Made by a program: the position numbers and the translations under genes. Below the pieces are notes generated by a model. It made no database searches and was not told the DNA's origin. It saw only the letters and a program-made list of their open reading frames with translations. Of a stretch of 55,461 nucleotides of DNA, positions 50,678-55,461 are shown one piece after another; the first letter of the stretch is position 1, and each line of letters begins with the position of its first letter. The stretch is from a virus (lineage: Duplodnaviria > Heunggongvirae > Uroviricota > Caudoviricetes). The stretch lies in IMG/VR virus record IMGVR_UViG_3300025011_000017, one strand, 5' to 3'.

Positions 50678-51001
50678 ATGATGGAAAATATTAAATTTAT
50701 TACAGATTATAATTGTTCGGATATTCAATCACATTTCTCTAAATATTACGAAAGATTAACAAGATCATGTGAATTAAAACTTGTAGAAATTCATATGTGT
50801 GAAAATGGATTTGAATTGTTCAAAAAGAGCGTAAAAGAGTGTAATTGTAGAGGTTTATTGACAAAAAGTGGCTATATAGGCTATTTTAGTGGGATTAATA
50901 TTTTCTTTACAAAAGAATGTAACGATTTTGAGATTAATCAAGCAAAACTTATTTATTCCAATGGAAGCACTGAAGTCATAAATGTCTTTGAATTAGATTG
51001 A
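50678..51001 (+). CDS. Hypothetical protein bounded by two repeat sites
   Basis: RBS AAGGAG. Confidence 0.65.
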   Translation: MMENIKFITDYNCSDIQSHFSKYYERLTRSCELKLVEIHMCENGFELFKKSVKECNCRGLLTKSGYIGYFSGINIFFTKECNDFEINQAKLIYSNGSTEVINVFELD

Positions 51002-51210
51002 GATAAAATGCAAATTCTATAACTAAATAATTGTTTACAAGAGTAAAGTAATGTGATATAATATTCTTGAAAGGAGGAGGTTTTTATGTATTTTGGAATT
51101 AGTTTTGGAACGTTTGCGGAGTGGGTGTTAATATCTTTTGGAACTGGATTTGGAATCGGTACAGGTTTAGTGCTATATTTAAAAAGAAAGAAAAAGGGAG
51201 GTAATTAAAA

Positions 51211-51654
51211 ATGTTAATTGAAAAAATTAAATCTGATGCTCTTGAAGCACGTAAAGCTCGTAAAACTGAAGTCGCAACATTGTTAACAACTCTATATTCT
51301 GAAGCTTCTATGATAGGAAAGAATAGTGGAAATAGACAATCTATCGACAAAGAAGTATTACAAGTCATTGAGAAATTTGTTAAGAATGCTAATGAAGTTA
51401 AAGATATTCTCTTAGAATCTGGGAAAGATGCGAGTAATGTAATTTTTGAAATTGAAACATTAAGAGCATATCTTCCCAAACAAATGTCGCGTGACGAACT
51501 TCAAGAAGTAATAAAGTATATCATAAAAAGACTTGAAGAAAGTGGTAAACAAATAGGTAATGTTATGAGTAACCTTAAAGCTAATTACGGTGGATCATAT
51601 GATGGGAAAATGGCAAGTGAGATTGTAAAAAAGGAGTTAGCTAATGATATATGA
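51211..51654 (+). CDS. GatB/YqeY domain protein
   Basis: EIETLRAYLPKQMS, IGNVMSNLK...YDGK. Confidence 0.88.
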   Translation: MLIEKIKSDALEARKARKTEVATLLTTLYSEASMIGKNSGNRQSIDKEVLQVIEKFVKNANEVKDILLESGKDASNVIFEIETLRAYLPKQMSRDELQEVIKYIIKRLEESGKQIGNVMSNLKANYGGSYDGKMASEIVKKELANDI

Positions 51655-52015
51655 TTATAAAGATTTTGCAACGATATTACTAAAACAAGGGAAAAGAATA
51701 TCAAAAAACGGACAAAAATTACTAAGAAAGATAATGGAATGGAAAAAAATTGAGGATCAAAGGAGTAAATGAAATGAATCTAAAAATACGTCTTACATTA
51801 GCCGATATTGGTAAATTAATATTTGGAGGAAGTGTTTTAGTAACAGATCCGTATACTAATAATATCTATAGTATTTTAAAAGGAGAAGATACCGCAATTA
51901 CTAAAAATTAAGAACAAAATGTATTGACATATGTAAAGAATTAGTATATAATTATTAAAAGAAGTAGAGGTTAGTAAATTCTGATCTCTACTTTAATATA
52001 AAGGAGAAAAATTTA

Positions 52016-52516
52016 ATGAAAAGAAAAATTGTAATATATGCAGGTAGTTTTGATCCTATAACTAATGGTCATCTAAATATTATTGAACAAGCTTATGATA
52101 TGTTTGATGAAATAATTGTTGGAGTATTAATTAATTCACAAAAGAAATCTTTATTTACTATCGAAGAAAGAATAAATATGATTAATGAAGTTGTAAATCC
52201 ACTTCCTGATATTAAAGTGAAATCATTTGCAGGTGCTTTAATTGATTTTGCAAAGGAAGAAAATGCGTGTGCTATAATAAGAGGTTTAAGAAGTATATCA
52301 GACTTTGAAAGTGAATTACAACTAGCTTTAGTTAATAAATCGATCAGTAATGGAATATTAAATACTATATTTTTAATTCCAGATATTAATTATCAATTTA
52401 TTAGTTCTTCAATGGTAAAAGAGATTGCTAGATTAGGTAAAAAGATTTATGATTTTGTTCCTACAAGTGTAGCTGTAGAACTATACAAAAAAATAGGAGC
52501 GATTAAAAATGATTAA
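52016..52516 (+). CDS. coaD: Phosphopantetheine adenylyltransferase
   Basis: YAGSFDPITNGH, RGLRSISDFESE, ISSSMVKE. Confidence 0.93.
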   Translation: MKRKIVIYAGSFDPITNGHLNIIEQAYDMFDEIIVGVLINSQKKSLFTIEERINMINEVVNPLPDIKVKSFAGALIDFAKEENACAIIRGLRSISDFESELQLALVNKSISNGILNTIFLIPDINYQFISSSMVKEIARLGKKIYDFVPTSVAVELYKKIGAIKND

Positions 52517-52913
52517 TGTAGAGTTTTTAATGATTTCATATATTATTGGTTTATTTATGGATTGGATTCCTCAGTGGCAATGGCAAGCTGTAAATAAATC
52601 TAAATGGGGAAAGCAAGATAATAAATTATTAAGCTTTTGGGCAGTTTCAAGTCATTCGTTTATTTACGCTATATTAACCACAATTGTAACATTGTATTTA
52701 ATTAAAGATTTTTCAAGTCTTTATGTTGTATTTTTTACATTACTTATTTCTCATATAATTATTGACACTAGAATTATTGTAAAGTATATCATGAGATTTA
52801 AAGGTCTGGCATGGGAGCAGATATATGATTATCAGAACTATGGATTTATGCACATTGGAATAGATCATAGGTTGCATGAAATTGTATTACTGGTATTAGC
52901 AATATTTGTATGA
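52509..52913 (+). CDS. DUF3307-like membrane protein
   Basis: DWIPQ...K, HSFIY, SHIIID, DHRLH. Confidence 0.7.
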   Translation: MINVEFLMISYIIGLFMDWIPQWQWQAVNKSKWGKQDNKLLSFWAVSSHSFIYAILTTIVTLYLIKDFSSLYVVFFTLLISHIIIDTRIIVKYIMRFKGLAWEQIYDYQNYGFMHIGIDHRLHEIVLLVLAIFV

Positions 52914-52939
52914 TTTTTTAATAATGAGGTTATATAAAA

Positions 52940-53200
52940 ATGAATAAAATTGTTACCACTGTGGATTGGATTTTATCTACATGGATTTTTCCAACATTTA
53001 ATGAAAAAGAAAAAATATATTATAGTTGCCCACGTATTATTAATGATCTGCTTAATGAAGGTGAAATAAGAATTAATGGTAATAAAATTAAAAGTCTTTT
53101 TCAAGAAGTATATGTAGGAGATATTGTCTACTATAATGGAAAAGAGCATTGTTTTGATAAGAATGATTTGTTATGTGCTTGGTTAGGTAATAAATTATAA
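52940..53200 (+). CDS. S4-like small protein
   Basis: LLNEGEIRING...VYVGD. Confidence 0.55.
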   Translation: MNKIVTTVDWILSTWIFPTFNEKEKIYYSCPRIINDLLNEGEIRINGNKIKSLFQEVYVGDIVYYNGKEHCFDKNDLLCAWLGNKL

Positions 53201-53288
53201 ACATTTAAATGATAAAATAGATATTTTATTTTTTATTATTAGAGAATTGTAGTATAAAAGTATAAGAGAGTATGAAGGAGGTTTAAAA

Positions 53289-53492
53289 ATGGAACAGTTA
53301 TTTAAAATTGAAGAAAGAGTAAGAGTTAATGGATGGTGTGGTTCTGCTTTAGGAGTAGTTACAGGTATTAAATGGATTTATCACAATCGACTGGAAGAAT
53401 ACACTTGGGGTTATAGTGTAAAATATGATGATAAAGATGCAGGATTTAGTTTTATTTACATTCCTGAAGGATATCTAAGAAAACTACAATAA
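53289..53492 (+). CDS. Hypothetical protein
   Basis: RBS GGAGG. Confidence 0.65.
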   Translation: MEQLFKIEERVRVNGWCGSALGVVTGIKWIYHNRLEEYTWGYSVKYDDKDAGFSFIYIPEGYLRKLQ

Positions 53493-53526
53493 AACACGCA
53501 TTTTATAACATATTAAGGAGGTATAT

Positions 53527-53793
53527 ATGATAAATTACGATGAATTATTAAACCAATGGGCAGAGAAGATATATCAAAAAGCAGATACTTATAGAGATAA
53601 AGGGATATATGAGGAAAGTGGATCTTGGAAAGATGGTTATTATAAAGGTTTAGCAGAAGCTTATATAATGGCGATTACTGAATTAACCATGTTAGAGAAA
53701 AAGAGTAAATCAACTATATTAAAAGAAACAAATAAGCCTAAACGACCAAAACCATTTGATCTTATTAATAATCGTGGCGAAGTTATAAACTAG
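53527..53793 (+). CDS. Hypothetical protein
   Basis: RBS GGAGG. Confidence 0.65.
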   Translation: MINYDELLNQWAEKIYQKADTYRDKGIYEESGSWKDGYYKGLAEAYIMAITELTMLEKKSKSTILKETNKPKRPKPFDLINNRGEVIN

Positions 53794-53935
53794 GGATATC
53801 TGATAAATCGTTTAAAATATCGGATGGTAGAAAAAAGGGTCGAATAAATGGAGATAGGAAAAATGTTAATGAAGAGTGGATAAATGTTTTTTAGGTATAA
53901 AATCGCCATTTTAATATTAGAAAGGAATGATATAA

Positions 53936-54178
53936 ATGAGCAGACCACGACCAAATGAGATACGAGCAGAGCGTGAAGCACATGAAAGAGCAATAGAGCA
54001 GTATAGGTATGATCCATTTGATCCACACAAAAATTCACCTAAACGTACAATAATCGAAGATACTCCTGTCAAGAAGAGGGATGATACCTTAGATGACTAT
54101 CACAAACATCATTGTAGAGTGTGTGGTAGATATTGTCCATCATCAGTAAGTCCAAGAGGAACATGTGATTTTTGCTAA
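53936..54178 (+). CDS. Hypothetical protein with C-terminal zinc finger
   Basis: RBS AAAGGA; CRVC...CDFC. Confidence 0.6.
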   Translation: MSRPRPNEIRAEREAHERAIEQYRYDPFDPHKNSPKRTIIEDTPVKKRDDTLDDYHKHHCRVCGRYCPSSVSPRGTCDFC

Positions 54179-54217
54179 AAGAAATAGAATGATAATTCTA
54201 AAACTAGGAGGGATACG

Positions 54218-54404
54218 AATGTTATTAGTTAAAAGCTATCAACGACATATAATACACGCTGTAAATGAATCTGAGTCTATAGGGCGATTCCTCCCTCTTA
54301 CTATTTGTGGAAAAAGACCTAAACAAACTACTCACGAAGGAAGCAACTCGGATATAACTTGCAATGAATGTAAAACTATTCTAAAGCAGATAATAAAACT
54401 ATAA
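54218..54404 (+). CDS. Hypothetical protein (start approximate)
   Basis: RBS GGAGG before MLLVKS. Confidence 0.55.
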
Positions 54405-54587
54405 TTTGATAATTAAGAAGGAGTTTGATGCTATGAAGAAAATTATTGTCACAGAATTGGAATATATGCAGAGGTGGATTTTAGTAAAATAACTGAAATT
54501 GCGAAACGTAACGGATACGAAGTTGATGAAGATTTGGATTTAGTAGAAATAGAACGATAGTTTAATAGTCAGAAAGGAATTGATTGA

Positions 54588-54794
54588 ATGGATTTTGACA
54601 ATATGACAAAAGAAGAATTATTAAATTTTTTAAAAGAAAATTATATGAAATTAATTAATCCAATACCACATAGTCCAACATTTAAAGTTGGAAATTATTA
54701 CAGAGGTGAACAAACTGGAGAAGACGAGATAGAAGTATATGGAGATGTAATTTTATATTTAACATTTAAAGAAGCAGATGTATATTTTAGATAG
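54588..54794 (+). CDS. Hypothetical protein
   Basis: RBS AAAGGA. Confidence 0.6.
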   Translation: MDFDNMTKEELLNFLKENYMKLINPIPHSPTFKVGNYYRGEQTGEDEIEVYGDVILYLTFKEADVYFR

Positions 54795-54818
54795 TTCTAT
54801 AGAAAAGAGGTAATAAAA

Positions 54819-55010
54819 TTGGATAAAGAGATCAATATTGAGATAAGTTTTACTCCTCATCCTTGGGATAATGCTAAAAAACCTTACTTTTGGTGTATTT
54901 TAAAGTACAATACAACTTGGTATAATGCAGGGTGTGGTTGGGCTGAAAATCCTCAAATTGCTTGGGAAGAAGCTAATAAATATTATGAAAGATATATTAA
55001 AGCAAGATAG
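54819..55010 (+). CDS. Hypothetical protein
   Basis: RBS GAGGT. Confidence 0.6.
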   Translation: MDKEINIEISFTPHPWDNAKKPYFWCILKYNTTWYNAGCGWAENPQIAWEEANKYYERYIKAR

Positions 55011-55043
55011 AACCTTAAATCTATTGCGAAAGGGGTTATTAAT

Positions 55044-55346
55044 ATGGGTGAAGAGATTGCTATAAGAGAAATTGATCGTCTTAAACAAAAAATGGGTGAA
55101 GGAATTACCCTAGATGAAACATTATTTGAAGCACTAAATTGTAGTATTAAAGCACTTGGAAAACAAATACCAAATAAGCCAACTATTAAAACAATTAATG
55201 AAAAGGTAATAGATGTATTTTGTCCTACTTGCAACATAAAAATATTTAGATGTTTCCATGAAGAAGGTAAAGAAAAAACATGGAATTATTCTCAACAGTC
55301 TCATAAATGCTGTGTAGAATGTGGACAAAAACTAGGATGGGTATAA
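55044..55346 (+). CDS. Hypothetical phage protein with zinc ribbon, bounded by two repeat sites
   Basis: ALGKQIPNKP, CPTC, CVECGQKL. Confidence 0.7.
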   Translation: MGEEIAIREIDRLKQKMGEGITLDETLFEALNCSIKALGKQIPNKPTIKTINEKVIDVFCPTCNIKIFRCFHEEGKEKTWNYSQQSHKCCVECGQKLGWV

Positions 55347-55461
55347 AACCATAGTTTGGTTATTAAAAGGAGATTTGTAATGTTGACATTTGATGAGAGG
55401 TTTAAGAAAATTGAGAAGTATGTTAAATACCTATCCGATGAAGATTTCGGACAGTTACAGA

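Larger units (their letters stand above)
26327..55360. repeat. Dispersed 18-bp inverted-repeat site ATARAA-N6-TTYTAT at gene ends
   Basis: 13 exact and about 8 near copies; coordinates given in findings. Confidence 0.9.

Noticed and set aside
630-55328. Track ORFs antisense to or nested in real genes (e.g. 630-854, 1139-1321, 4239-4424, 12361-12696, 14339-14554, 21301-21537, 29305-29586, 51099-51479, 54983-55237)
   Set aside because: No RBS, shadow better-supported genes or promoters, and have compositions typical of reverse frames
26327-55360. CRISPR array interpretation of the dispersed repeats
   Set aside because: Copies are separated by whole genes, cores vary, and no cas genes are present

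Overview
AT-rich segment of a large, probably temperate phage or phage-plasmid of a spore-forming Bacillota (Clostridia-like; SPbeta-like organisation). No capsid, terminase or DNA polymerase genes are in view. The left part (1-13.3 kb, mostly minus strand) holds a structured non-coding region, tRNA-His and tRNA-Ile(UAU), a GIY-YIG endonuclease, PhoH, a transposase-less TnpB, a Rep-like gene with an antisense-RNA leader, a tyrosine recombinase, a lipoprotein, and an FtsK/SpoIIIE + Replic_Relax + SpoIIIAC/AD-like + M23 operon. A 2-kb non-coding switch region carries a perfect parS and a sigmaH-type promoter. The remaining 40 kb is an early/accessory region of about 90 mostly small genes (amidoligase, GATase, DnaJ, RadC, DUF262, GGCT, M28-type peptidase, DUF932, YopR-like protein, RNA ligase, radical SAM, YqeY, CoaD). 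Best leads: (1) an 18-bp ATARAA-N6-TTYTAT site repeated at about 21 gene ends, suggesting a gene-cassette recombination system; (2) a TnpB whose predicted guide is a differently coded copy of the 3' end of the neighbouring gene, suggesting RNA-guided homing; (3) a candidate spore-entry DNA translocation module next to parS; (4) a radical SAM plus an unannotated GHC-repeat peptide. All calls are by eye, without database searches.
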